Origin: the human T2T-CHM13v2.0 reference genome, Homo sapiens
Assembly (NCBI RefSeq): GCF_009914755.1
Contig: NC_060929.1
Direction: 5' to 3' (one strand)
DNA: 64,000 bases
Below the pieces are notes generated by a model, which saw only the letters and a list, made by a program, of their open reading frames with translations, made no database searches and had not been told where the DNA came from. Every line of letters starts with the position of its first letter. Within the stretch, counting starts at the first letter, position 1. The translations under genes were made by a program, and so were the position numbers. Shown here piece after piece: positions 1 through 14,290 of this stretch.

Positions 1-413
1 AATTTACTGTGAAGAGTGAAAGAACAAAGTTTTCACAGAGTGGAAAGGGACCCTAACGGGTTGCCACTGCTGCGGTGGCCAGCATTTATTCTCTTATTTG
101 TCCCCGCCCATGTCCTGCTGATTGGTCCATTTTACAGAGTGCTGATTGGTCCATTTTACAGAGCACTGATTGGTCCATCTTACAGTGTGCTGATTGGCCC
201 ATTTTACAAACCTCTAGCTAGCCACAGAGCGCCGATTGGTGCATTTTTACAGAGTGCTGATTGGCTCATTTTACAAACCTCTAGCTAGCCACAGAGCCCT
301 GATTGGTGCGTTTTTACAGAGCACTGATTGGCACATTTTACAAACCTCTTGTAAGACAGAAAAGTTCTTCAAGTCCCCACCCAACCCAGAAGTCCAGCTG
401 GCTTCACCTCTCA
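1..413 (-). mobile_element. LTR12F (ERV9 LTR), 3' end runs off the window
   Basis: The reverse complement begins TGAGAGGTGAAGCCAGCTGG (LTR12F start). It has eight ATTGG (CCAAT) boxes in roughly 24-bp units, then a GC box and an AATAAA-like TATA. Confidence 0.9.
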
Positions 414-510
414 ATATTATTTTCATTTTTCAGATAAAGAAACTGAGACTTCAGTAGCTTGGTAGTATCTCAAGGCTAGTAGTGGTCAGAGTTGGGATTC
501 CTGCTCTTGA
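414..510 (-). mobile_element. MIR fragment adjoining the LTR12F
   Basis: MIR core in antisense: cattttcagataaagaaactgagac. Confidence 0.55.
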
Positions 511-1309
511 TTCTTCCTGGTTACTATTTACAATACATGTGAAATGCTTAGCAACATGACTGGCACACTGTGGCCCTGATGATCAGCTGTTTAATGCAAT
601 GCACAGTACACAACACAACATGCATTCTACAATATGCTGTGCATACAGGTCAGAAGACAGTGTGCAGGCCTTGTGCAAAGGACCATACCAATGTCTTGGA
701 GCTAAAAAACCACACATTTAGGTATACTATTGTATAACTGCCCTGTAGACTCCAATTTGCAAGTATTAGAGTGAGAAAAAACATATTCTTAAGAATAAAC
801 AACCTAAATCCTGCACCAATTCAATTTTGCTTTGGGGTACCAGGAGAGAGAAATTTTTCTCAATACTTATCATGCAGTCTCCCTTGTTTTCAAGGAAAAG
901 TGTTTCTGCATAGAAACACTCAAGTCAAAGGGCAGCTGCCTGTGGGACATGTGACTCTGGGGGTTTTTTCACACATCAGCAGCTGCAGTTTTGGAACTGG
1001 GTGAAGGGTATTTCCACCCTCTGCAAAATGAAGGCTAAATGAAAGCTACCCAGATGAGAACTGTTTAGATGAGAGGAATATAAGCCGTATGCTTGGGCCT
1101 TAGATATTCCCAGTTTCTTCTCAGAAGCGGAAAGTTGTTCCGAACAGGGTCTAAGCATGATAAGTCTGGAAGATTTAGAAATACTACGCATTTTGTGACG
1201 TGTGGAAGTCATTGTCATCGATTATTTATTTTGTCAATGGGGCTTGTCTTAGGATCTTGGTAGTCAAAGGCCAGAAAAATTAAGTAGGTCTTACAAGGAC
1301 TCAAAAATT

Positions 1310-2566
<1,257 letters not shown>

Positions 2567-2599
2567 ACAACAATGTGGACTTATCTATTTAGAATAGGT

Positions 2600-2657
2600 A
2601 TGCTCCCTGTTCCTCCATCACTGCCTGTATACAGTAGGTGCTCAATAAATGAATGAA
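2600..2657 (+). mobile_element. L2 3' terminus
   Basis: cagtaggtgctcaataaatgaatgaa. Confidence 0.55.
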
Positions 2658-3023
2658 AAAGAGTCATCACTGATGTAAACCAGATGTCCCTCCTCCCTGA
2701 TGCAGGTTCGGTCTGGACTTGGAACTCAGCCTCCTTGTTGCTACTCACCAAAAAACAAACCAAAAAACAAACAAACAAAAACAAAAAAAGATGCATTCCT
2801 GTAGACCTGTAGATTTTTCAGAAGATCTCTGTGATCACAGGGTGGGGTCTGATCCTACAGTTCACATCAAAATCTTAAAGAATCTCATGCAACCACCAAG
2901 TAGTGTTCTTCTATCTGCCCTTCTTCCCTTGAGTTGTGCAAAGAAATACTGCTCCCTACAAGGTACGGATACTGATTTGATATTGTACTGATAATGATCA
3001 GTACAATAATTGGTCTCCCAGTA

Positions 3024-3218
3024 CCTCCCGAGTTACTGAGACTGCAGGCATGCACCACCACGACCAGCTAATTTTTGTATTTTTAGTAGAGATGGAGTTT
3101 CGCCATGTTGGCCAGGCTGGTCTCAAACTCCTGACCTCAGGCGATCTGCCCACCTCAGCCTCCCAAAGTGCTGGGATTACAGGCATGAGCCACTGTGCCC
3201 AGGTGGGTTTTTATTTAA
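3024..3218 (-). repeat. Partial Alu plus flank, a local copy of 4107-4298
   Basis: Shares non-consensus Alu variants and the non-Alu flank gggtttttatttaa with the Alu at 3972-4284. It has no poly(A) tail or TSD of its own. Confidence 0.8.
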
Positions 3219-3961
3219 GTAAATTACTGGGGCTTCTCCAAAACTGGGCCCTCTAGGAAACAGGGCTGACCTTGCCAGAAGGCAACATAGGAGCCACACT
3301 TGTTATCAATGTATGCCATCGGGGTCTCCCAGTACCCACGAGTTGCATAACTTCAGGAGACAGTGTATTCTTAGGTTGTATAGTAGCAGCCCTCGCCATC
3401 CATAGCCCTACCCACTTGCTCCCCAAATATTTGTTCTAACTCCTCAAGTGCATTCCCTGAAAGAAATTTTGGTGGATTAAATCATTTTGTTCTAGCAAGG
3501 GACATGGGCCTTTCTTCTTTGTCATGGATTTTATACTGAATGTCATATTCTATATTTCTAGCAAGGGGTGAATAGCTAATAGCTAGATCCTCGCTAAGCA
3601 GATGAACCGTGAAAAGCACTTTGTGAGACAGTCACTCTAAATTCTCACAAAGGGCTAGATTACACCGTGGATTTGGCACCATTAGCCAGAGAGCCCAGGT
3701 GACTGGGCCCAGCAAGCTGGGACACAGTTTTTCTTAACTTTAGCCAGGGTGGATTCAGTAATGCCAACATTTTCCAACTTTTGGAAAAATAGCCCAGAAG
3801 TTGCAGTATTCTTATTCAATTGAACTTCAAGATGACAGCAGATGCTAGAGCCAGGCAGGATTCAGGCTCCCTGCCATAGGGACATACCATGTCTCAACCT
3901 CACTCAAGCTTGAGGACAATGGACATTCCCCAATCCTCTTTGTGACAGGATTTTTATTTAA

Positions 3962-4381
<420 letters not shown>

Positions 4382-4657
4382 TGAAGTGGTATCAGGAGCG
4401 ATTCTGGAGAGGTCCCATCCCACTCTCATCCAGGGTCCCTTTACTGCTTAGAAAATTATAGAAGTATTCAGTGCTCCAGTCTTTTGAAACTGTGCCTTTG
4501 AAGCCTCAGTAAATTCAGAAAAGTCTTGATGGGGGAAGACGGGCAGCTGCTCTACTTAGGTTGGCATAAAATTTAATATGGACCAAATGTTCTGTTATTA
4601 AAAGTTTGAAACCCACTGTCATACACTATACAAATGTTAGGAGGTCCTACATAATAT

Positions 4658-5232
4658 TGAGAGGTGAAGCCAGCTAGACTTTCTGGGTCGAGTGGGGACT
4701 TGGAGAACTTTTGTGTCTTACAAGAGGATTGTAAAATGCACCAATCAACACTCCGAAGCTAGGATTGTAAAATGCAACAATCAGCGCTCTGTAGCTAGCA
4801 AGGGGATTGTAAAATGCACCAATCAGCACTCTGTAAAAACGCACCAATCAGCGCTCTGTAGCTAGCAAGAGGATTGTAAAATGCACCAATCAGTTCTTTG
4901 TAAAATGCACTGATCAGCAGGATCCTAAAAGTAGCCAATTGCAGGGAGGATTGAAAAAAAGGCATTCTGATAGGACAGAAACAGAACAAGGGAGGGGACA
5001 AATAGCAGAATAAAAGCTGGCCACCCCCCAGCCAGCAGTGGCAATCTGTTCGGGTCACCTTCCACATTGTGGAATCCTTGTTCTTTCGCTTTTCACAATA
5101 AATCTTGCTGCTGCTCACTGTTTGGGTCTGTGCCACCTTTAAGAGCTGTAACACTCATCGCGAAGGTCCGTGGCTTCATTCTTGAAGTCAGTGAGACCAC
5201 CAACCCACCGGCAGGAGCCAACTCTGGACACG
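4658..5232 (+). mobile_element. LTR12F solo LTR, complete
   Basis: Starts TGAGAGGTGAAGCCAGC and ends ...CTCTGGACACG. It has tandem CACCAATCAG repeats, a TATA-like AATAAAAG, a polyA signal near 5097, and a 4-bp TSD ATAT (4654-4657, 5233-5236). Confidence 0.92.
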
Positions 5233-5420
5233 ATATGTCCATATTCTATATTGTGTACAGCATTGTAAATGTAAACTGTACATCGGGATCTCCCCATCTT
5301 CTCCTTTGAGCTTTTCCAAATAGTTTGCTCACAGAATGTGGAATTTACTGATGGTCTCATGGGGAAGCAAGAAGAGAAGCTCTTATAGCACAGTAAGTTG
5401 CTTAAAGATTACCGTTAGCC

Positions 5421-5720
5421 AGCCGGGCGTGGTGGCTCACGCCTGTAATCCCAACACTTTGGGAGGCCGAGGCAGGCGGATCACGAGGTCAGGAGATCGA
5501 GACCATCCTGGCTAACATGGTGAAACCCCGTCTCTACTAAAAACAAAAAATTAGCCGGGCACGGTGGTGGGCGCCTGTAGTCCCAGCTACTCAGGAGGTT
5601 GAACCAGGAGAATGGCGTGAACCCGGGAGGCGGAGCTTGCAGTGAGCTGAGTTCGCACCACTGCACTCCAGCCTGGACAACAGAGCGAGACTCCGTCTCA
5701 AAAAAAAAAAAAAAAAAAAA
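5421..5720 (+). mobile_element. AluY
   Basis: AluY diagnostics, CpG-rich, pure A tail. TSD ttaccgttagcc. Confidence 0.93.
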
Positions 5721-6053
5721 CCTTACCGTTAGCCATGCTGCTGATTCTCATTTCTCCTTTCCACTGAGCAGTCCTGGGCATGGCATCACGCAACCTTGGT
5801 GTCTCCTCTCTCCCTCCCTCTGTAGAACAATTACATTCTGCCCCAGACTGGCACACCCCCAGGCTTCTTGTTGCTCGGTTCTGTGCTTAACCAAGCACCA
5901 TCTTCTCAAAAGAACATCCAAATCTCTGCCCTCTGGGAGGCCTCCTCCACCCCAGTCAAGTGGTTCGTGAAGGGGGACTCCTTCAAACACAGTTTTCTAA
6001 AGACGGGTCTTGGCCGTGCAATCCCCACCATCATTAGGAACCAACACTTCCAG

Positions 6054-6773
6054 ACGTTAAGGGCTGAATTGTATCTCCCCCAGATTCACATGTTCAAGAC
6101 CCAACCCCTAGTGTCTCAGAATGGGACTGTGTTTGGAGACAGGGACTTTATCGAGGTGATTAAGGTAAAATGGGGTCATATGGGTGAGCCCTAATGAGCA
6201 ATATAACTGATGTCTTTTTTTTTTTTTTTTGAGACAGGGTCGCACTCTGTCACCCAGGCTGGAGTGCAGTGGCGGTAATCATGGCTGACTGCAGCCTCCA
6301 CTTCCCAGGCTCAAGTAATCCTCCCACCTCAGCCTCTGGAGTAGCTGGGACTACAGGTGCATGCCACCACACCCGGCTACTTTTTATTTTTTATTTTTTA
6401 TAGGGATGAGGTCTCTCTATGTTGCCCATGCTGGTCTTGAACTGCTGGGCTCAAGCAATTATCCCACCTTGGCCTCTCAACATGTTGTGATTATAGGCGT
6501 GAGCCACGACACCCAGTCGTGAGTGATGTCTTTATAAGAAGAGGAGATGGGACACAGACACGCACAGAAGGAAGAGCACATAAAGACACCGGAAGAAGAC
6601 AGCCATCTATCTACAAGCCAAAGCGAAGCCTCAGGAGAAACCAACACTGCGGATACCTTGATATTACATTTGGAATAAAATGTATTGGGATAAAAACCCC
6701 AATACATTTCTGTTGTTTAAGCCACCCAGTCTAGGGCGCTTTGTTATGGCAAAGCACTCAGGCAAGCCAATAT
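6054..6773 (+). mobile_element. MLT1B-like MaLR LTR, interrupted by AluJ
   Basis: gggctgaattgt...ctcagaatgggactgtgtttggaga...ttctgttgtttaagccacccagtct...tttgttatggca. Confidence 0.8.
6215..6518 (-). mobile_element. AluJ
   Basis: Antisense Alu with J diagnostics (gggctcaagc, atcatggct). TSD tgatgtcttt. Confidence 0.9.
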
Positions 6774-7234
6774 GCCACGTCTCTGCTGCTCTGCTAGGTC
6801 TCGGTGACTCTCTCTGACATACAGCATGTGCTCGGTGATACACCAGAAGAATAGAAATCACACTTAGAATCCAGCTCCTTCCTGGTCTGGCCCATTACAG
6901 GCCTTTCCAACTTCACATGCCACTCCCCCGTCACTGGCCACTGTTCCATGGGAAAATACACCCAGCTTGTTCCTACTACTGACCCTGTACTTGCCGAGCC
7001 CTCTGCATGGGTCTGTTTTTTTCCTGCCTTGGTCTTGCTTGTTACTGAGGTTTGGCAGAAACACCAGCTCCTCAGAGAGGACTTTTGGGCACCCAGTCCC
7101 CAAAACTCATTTCCCGTCACATCACTGCATGTGTTCATGGTGTGTAACTCCATCTTTCCTTGCTCACTTATTCATTTACCCAATTAGTTCATCTATCCAC
7201 ATCAGATGTGTGAGTTTTGTGAGAGCAGAAATCG

Positions 7235-8018
7235 TGTCAGTTGGATGTTTTCTGTTGCTGCTGTAACAAAGTAATGCAAATTTTGTGGCTTGAAACAATA
7301 CATACATATATATATATATACACACATAATTTTTTTTTTTGAAGTGGAGTTTCACTCCTGTTGCTCAGGCTGGAGTGCAATGGCGAAATCTCAGCTCACT
7401 GCAAGCTCTCTACCTCCTGGGTTCAAGCGATTCTCCTACCTCAGCCTCTTGAGTAGCTGGGATTACAGGCATGCCCCATCATGCCTGGCTAATTGTATTT
7501 TTAGTAGAGACGGGGTTTCTCTATGTTGGTCAGTCTGGTCTCAAACTCCCGACCTAAGGTGATCCACCTGCCTCAGCCTCCCAAAGTGCTGGGATTACAG
7601 GCATGCGCCACCGCGCCCCCAGCCAAAACAATACAGATATATTATCTTATAGTTGTGTAGGTTGGAAGTGCAACACAGGTGTAAGTTGCATTCCTTTCTG
7701 GAAGCTTCTAGGGAAGAATCTTTTTTTTTTTTTCTTTTTTCAGCTTCTAGAGGCTGCCTACATTTCTTGGCTCGTGGCTTTTTGCTCCGTCCTCCAAGCC
7801 ATTGCATCTCTCTCTGACCATAGCCGGGAAAGTTTCTTTGCCTTCATCCCCACATGATTACATTGGACCCACTTGCATAATCCAGAATAATCTCCCTATT
7901 CCAAGGTCCTTAGCCTTAATCGCATCTCACAATCCCTTTTGCCATGTAAGATTACATATTCACTAATTCCAGGGATTAAGACATGGACATCTTTGGGGCG
8001 CATTATTCTGACCACCAT
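7235..8018 (-). mobile_element. MLT1D-like MaLR LTR, interrupted by an Alu
   Basis: gctgctgtaacaaa...cagcttctagaggctgcc...gattacattggaccc...ccagggattaagacatggacatctttgggg. Confidence 0.8.
7330..7624 (-). mobile_element. AluSp/Sq-like
   Basis: Antisense Alu. TSD aaacaataca. Confidence 0.9.
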
Positions 8019-8104
8019 ATCTGTTTTTTCCCTTTATATGTCTAGTGTGGAGAACAGACCAGGAAATTAGTAGGTATTCATTGACTTTGCTGGGTAAATG
8101 AAAA

Positions 8105-8335
8105 GTTACCATTTATTGTGCAGATATGAGGCGCTGGGCAGATGCAAGGTGCTCTATGTGTGTTTTCTCATTTGCTCTTTACCATAACCCTCGGGGGTAG
8201 AGTTTACCCCCATTTTACAGCCCCATTTACTAAGGCTCACAGAGGTGACATGACTTACCCAGGGCCATCCAGCTAGTAAGTAGGAGAGCTGGGATTTGAA
8301 CTTTTACCTTTCTGCCTCCAAAACCCAAAGTCTAT
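8105..8335 (-). mobile_element. MIR
   Basis: cccattttacag...gacttacccagggcc...cagctagtaagt...gctgggatttgaac. Confidence 0.75.
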
Positions 8336-8466
8336 ATGCCCCTCTTTCGCAGCTCAGGGAGGATGTCTCGAGCCCGGGCGTGTTGTACCCACAGGTATCT
8401 TACTTACATCTGCTCACTGTGCCATGTCAGCACCGCCTGTTCCAAAGGCAGATTCAATGTTGCTTA

Positions 8467-8783
<317 letters not shown>

Positions 8784-8894
8784 TTAAGGCCTGTCTGCCT
8801 CTCTTTCAAAGGGGAAATCCCTCAGCTTCTTTAAATAAATTCAATCCTGCCAACTAGAGATGAGGGTTGATTAGATGAGATTGGGGGAAGAAGC

Positions 8895-9052
8895 CCTCCT
8901 TCTCAATGAGTGGTCCAGAAACCAGCAGCATGGGCACCCCATGGGAGTGGTCAGAAATGCCGACACCGAGGGCCCTGAACTGCTGAGTCAGGCTCTTCTA
9001 ATGATCCCTAAGTGGTCTGCACACACATCATGCCTTGGAGAAGCCCTGCTGT
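8895..9052. mobile_element. MER5-family hAT fossil
   Basis: ttctcaa..gtggtcc..accagcagcat..cac..tgggag..gtcagaaatgc. Confidence 0.6.
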
Positions 9053-10318
9053 GAGGCACCCACGCAGATCCAGACACTCACTGACCATGGTGGGAGGTGG
9101 CACCTATTTTATTTTTATGATGAGAGGGAACCTCAAACTCTACTGTGATGTAAGTGGTCTCAAAGGCCCTTTGAAGTCATCATTTTATCTAAATCAGAAA
9201 TAGGAAAAAAATAAGAAATGGCCAGCTTAGAAAGACTCAAATTCTTTTGCGGGGGGGAAAAACCAGGAAGAAAGAAAAGAAAAATACATTGTTTCCTTGG
9301 CCATCTGTGTGAAGAAATAACAAAACCACCGTTGACATACCAGCAGGAAAGAACACTGGAGAGCTTCACTTGACAGAATTATTACAAACGCCTCTTCCTG
9401 GTTCAGGGGGAAAAAAAATTCCAAATAGGTTTGTGATATTTTTTTCCCTAGCATGCTTGCAACTCCCAGTAGAGCCAATAACCAGTTTTCAAAACCTTTT
9501 GATTCTACTCATCCCCTGGTTAATAATTTCCAGTTTACCCAGCAGGCTACGTAACATCCCCTTTCCTGGGAAAGAATTTCTGTGCCCCGGCTGGCAGTGA
9601 ACTGGTCCCCTTAGCAGCTGACCTCCTCCTCCAGCCCTGTGGCTGCCTCCTCTCCAACAGGGACCCTCCTGGTGGGTATCCGGAACAGTGCCTTAGTGTT
9701 CCGCAAAGGGGAGAGGGAAAAAGAGAGGGCTGTCTCCCAGAAGGGTGAGTCTCTTCTTTAATCATCTGGAGCTGAGAAGAATTTTCTCCCTGTTTCCTGG
9801 GAAATAGCTGATAAAGGACATTTTGTCTGCTGCTGTTTATGTATACCTAGGCCGAACAAGTCTCAAAACTCTACCCTCTCCTGCCCCCTCCGGAGCTGGT
9901 ACTTTGAAAACATAGGACAATAATGAAAGCCAAGAGCAGGCAGCCTGATATGGGCCTGGCACCCCATCTCCTGTTTCCTCCTGCCCGCTGCTGCAGCCGG
10001 CTTTATGCCAGCTGCAGCCACCAGGGACAGGTTGGCTTCTCCACCCTTGATGGCCCCGAGAAATATTTCTTTCAGGGCATGGCAGAAGGGGACTTTGGGG
10101 AAGGTGGGACCCTCCCTGCAGCCAATAGCACGGGCCCCGTCCCGCCCCCCATGCAAATCTTTGGCCAGCAGCCTTGGTATCACCAAACCTTGCCGAGATA
10201 GGGAGTGCCATGAAGGGCTCAGTGAGTTTCTGGCAATCCTCTCCTCTGTTTATCTGAATGGGCCCAAAGGCTGCAAAACAAACCGGCAAACACCAGGGTG
10301 TTCCTGAGAGTATAGCTG

Positions 10319-10332
10319 CACTTCCTGTTTAC
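10319..10332 (-). promoter_or_regulatory. FOX:ETS composite motif
   Basis: The reverse complement is GTAAACAGGAAGTG, in unique sequence. Motif match only. Confidence 0.4.
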
Positions 10333-11002
10333 AGGCTCAGGGTGAGAAGCCCCTGAGACCCATTCTGCCTGTGTCAATTTCTTTCTGCTTCCTCTGAGAT
10401 CCGTGATGTGGGAGGGCAAAGGGTTTCCCTCCCGCCGCCTGGAAAAATAATATGCAGGCCGGGAACATGAGCTTGCCTGTGAAGGCTGCTCAAAACGACA
10501 CACTTGCAATTTGGGGTTTGTGACTAAGGTTGATTCGATCCCAGGTCTTCTGGTCCCTCTGGGAGCATCTCAGACCCCGTGAGACAACCCACTTTGGGAC
10601 TCAAGGGTGGTAGGGAGTGGGGAATGGGAAGGGCACCTGTAGAGGCATAAATTGCTGGGCCCTGCCACCCCACCCATCCTCACACCACTCTCGCCCCACC
10701 CAACCTCATCCCACCCTACTCATCACCCCCACCCTCACCCCCACCGTCACCCCACTCCACTTGCTGTGTGTCCCTTGCTTCCCATGCTTCCCTGTCCTGG
10801 ACCACAGTGAAGCAGCTGGGAATTCCAAGCACAGGGCTTCCTACCTTCAGCACCAGTGGTGACACCAGAGGTGGATTCCAAGAATACCTGAATGACCTAC
10901 AACACATTCTGTCCAGGCAGGAGGGGTGGTGGCACTGCCTCCAGGAGATGGCCGAGGTATCCGGGGGTTAGGACCCTCTAGTTTGTTGCAGGGATGTCAC
11001 AG

Positions 11003-11172
11003 AGCCTTGCTACTGAAAGTGTGTCCAGGGACCAGCAGTATTGTCCTCACCTGGGAGATGGTTAGAAACATGGTCTCACACCCTGTCCCAGACCCACTGC
11101 ATGTGAACCTGCAGTTTAGCAGACGCCGCAGGTGACTCCTGCACACATTAAAGTTGGAGAAGCGCTGCTTTG
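11003..11172. mobile_element. MER5-family hAT fossil
   Basis: gctactgaaagtgtgtcc.gggaccagcag...cacctgggag...gttagaaa...cacattaaagttggagaagcgctg. Confidence 0.7.
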
Positions 11173-11327
11173 GAGGACCCGTCCCTCTGTCCTCATTATG
11201 AGGATGCCTGCGCTGACTTTGGACAGCTTGTGCTTTTTAAAATCTCGTGGGCATAAATGACTCTTTGTGACTGATCTTGTTTCTCTCTTTGCTAAGAAAA
11301 GCAGGTTTAATCTGATGTAAGTGTCAG

Positions 11328-11377
11328 CTTATTTGGCCTCCGATATGTGGCATGCCACATATCGGAGACCAAATAAG
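11328..11377. repeat. 50-bp spacer-less palindrome (25-bp arms, 1 mismatch)
   Basis: cttatttggcctccgatatgtggca|tgccacatatcggagaccaaataag. Confidence 0.95.
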
Positions 11378-11427
11378 TATGTGCATAAGTGAAGGATTTC
11401 ATAGCTAAATTCGATGTGCCCGACACC

Positions 11428-12029
<602 letters not shown>

Positions 12030-12034
12030 TCCCC

Positions 12035-12770
12035 TCCTATGTATGACCCAGGCTTTATCCTGAGACTATGGATAAAACTGTGAACAAGACAGACACAGTC
12101 CCTGCCCTCAAAGAGTATGCAAGCTGGAAAATGGGACAGAGAGACCAGGAAGGTGGGAATGGCATTTCCTCAGGGAGACCTGCCTGTGCAAAGGCCCTGA
12201 GGTGCAAACAGCACATTGTAGATGGGGAGCTACAACCAGGTCAGTGCTGGGGAGCTGAGTCATGATTGAAGGAGGGGTGGAAGATAAGGATGAAAAGGGA
12301 GGAAGTGGCAGGTGATAATGGCATGTACTGTACATGCAATTAAGGAGTTTGAACTAGGTCCTGCAGGCCTGGAAGGGTCATGAGTATGAGGATGACATGG
12401 CTGGAACTCAGTTTTCCTCAATTCACACCAGCTAATGAGAGGGGGATGGATTTAATGAGTGGGGAGTTGGAAAAGTATTAGAAGTCCAGACAGCAGTCGG
12501 GGGAGACTTGGGCAGTGGCCCAGGAACAAGGTGGTGAAGGCCTGAACTGGGGCACTGTGCAGGAATGGGAGGCAGTTGTGCATTTGAGGGCTGCACAGGA
12601 GTTAAAATCAGCAGGATGTTACCTACTTGATGGGGACCATTGGGGAGGTGGGGGCAGCCAGAGTTTCTGGCCTGGATGCCTGATGGACAAGGATTGCGGC
12701 GGTTGGAGCGTCTTGGCGGGGGAGATGACATGCTCGGTTCTGGGCAGACTGGACTTGGGGCTTCCTTGAG
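12035..12770 (-). mobile_element. L2 fragments
   Basis: gtgaacaagacagacacagtccctgccctc and tgtgcaaaggccctgagg are typical antisense L2. Confidence 0.6.
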
Positions 12771-12974
12771 CCCTCTCTGGAAATGAGATGCAGACAGCAA
12801 GGTACTGCAGTCTTACTCAGTGAGGGGGCAAGGGCCAAGCTGAAAACCAGGACATTCTGAAACACATTTCTTTTTAGTAATTTGCCCCAGCTTTGTGGCT
12901 TCTCCACCCTGTTCTCTTCTCCCTGTGAGTTCTTTGTTTTTGTGAGTTGTCATATTACAGTCCATGGATTTTTG

Positions 12975-13100
12975 GGCCAGCCTGTAAATGGGGATAACAG
13001 TAGGTTCCTCCTCGCAGTGCTAGTGAGATTAAATGAGATAATACACTAAAAGCACACAGCACGGTGTCTGGCTGTAGGAAGATCCCATGATCACAACACC
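12975..13100 (+). mobile_element. MIR
   Basis: ctgtaaatggggataacagtag...gattaaatgagataata. Confidence 0.7.
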
Positions 13101-13269
13101 ACATGTAATGTTAGTGTCATCATCATTAGCTGTGATTATTATTGTGATTATTAACATTAGTTACCATTATTGTTGTAACTACGCACGGATATGACCTACG
13201 AGGCCTCCTGCCACATGTGGTCCTTAGTTGTGGCCTCTTTCCCTGCCAACCTCAGGCCCGCTTGTATCT

Positions 13270-13510
13270 GTGGGAGGCAGTGGATAGCAGTGTTTATGAG
13301 CATGGCCTGTGAAATCACAGCCTGCCTGGGTTCAAATGCCAGCTCCACTTCTTACTGTGAGAGTGACCTCGGCCAAGTCACTTCGTGCTTCTGAGCCTCA
13401 GGTAGTTTCCCCATCTGAGGAAGGGGAAGATAAATGTATCTTGCTGTGAAGATAAAATGAGATAAATTGTCAAAGTACTCAGTGCACTGCCTGGCAGATA
13501 CCAGCTGCTC
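13270..13510 (+). mobile_element. MIR
   Basis: cctgggttcaaat...gtgacctcggccaagtcactt...ctgagcctcag. Confidence 0.75.
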
Positions 13511-13671
13511 CTTTATCATGTGCTCTTACTCTCCAGGACACCATCACCAACCCATCAGGCTGGCATGCACTCTCAAATCTACTGCCCCTAGCAACAGGAT
13601 GCAGTTCATGTTCACTAAAATGACTTATGAGCTGCTTGCAGCGGGCTGAGTGTTGACGCTGCTCCCTGCCA

Positions 13672-14107
13672 CTGGAAAAAAAGATATGCCCACATCCAGA
13701 TCTCAGGAACTCATGGATGTGACCTCATTTGGAAAAGGGGTCTTTGCAGACGTAATTAAGTTAAGGATCTTGAGATGCAGTCATCTTGGATTATCTGTGT
13801 GGTCCCTAAATCCAATGACAAGTGTCCTTACAATACACGCAGAGAGGAGAAGCCTGACAGGAGAAGCAGAGATAATGACTGGAGACAGGGATTGGAGAGA
13901 TGCAGCCACAAGCCAAGGGATGCTAACAAGCACCAGAAGCTGGAGGAGGAAGGAAGGATTTTCCCCCGGAGCCTGCAAAGGGAGTGCAGCCCCGCCCACA
14001 CTTTGACTTTGGACTTCTGGTCTCTGGAATGCTTCGATAAGAAATGGTTGTTTGAAGCTACCCAGTTTGTGGTAGTTTGTCACAGCAGCCACAGCAAACA
14101 AATCCAG
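13672..14107 (+). mobile_element. MLT1C-like MaLR LTR
   Basis: tttggaaaaggggtctttgcagacgtaattaagttaaggatcttgagatg...gatgcagccacaagccaagg...cagtttgtggtagtttgtcacagcagcc. Confidence 0.85.
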
Positions 14108-14129
14108 TGCCCTCCACCCTTTTCACCCT

Positions 14130-14290
14130 GAAACCCCATGAGGACTGGGTGGAGTAGGCAGGCAGTCTTGGCCATCCCCATTTTAGAGAGGAGGGGACAC
14201 TGAGGTTCAGAGAGGCAGAAGGAGCTGCTTGAGCCACATAGCCAGTGAGCTTCACCAGTGTCAAGCCTGGAACCTGGCTCTCCTGAGTCC
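14130..14290 (-). mobile_element. MIR
   Basis: atccccattttagagaggaggggacactgagg. Confidence 0.6.

Noticed and set aside
16-457. Repetitive ORFs (LIGPFYR repeats)
   Set aside because: They are translations of the LTR12 CCAAT tandem array.
12432-12800. 122-aa proline-rich ORF
   Set aside because: It overlaps L2-derived sequence, with no recognisable domain or splice context.
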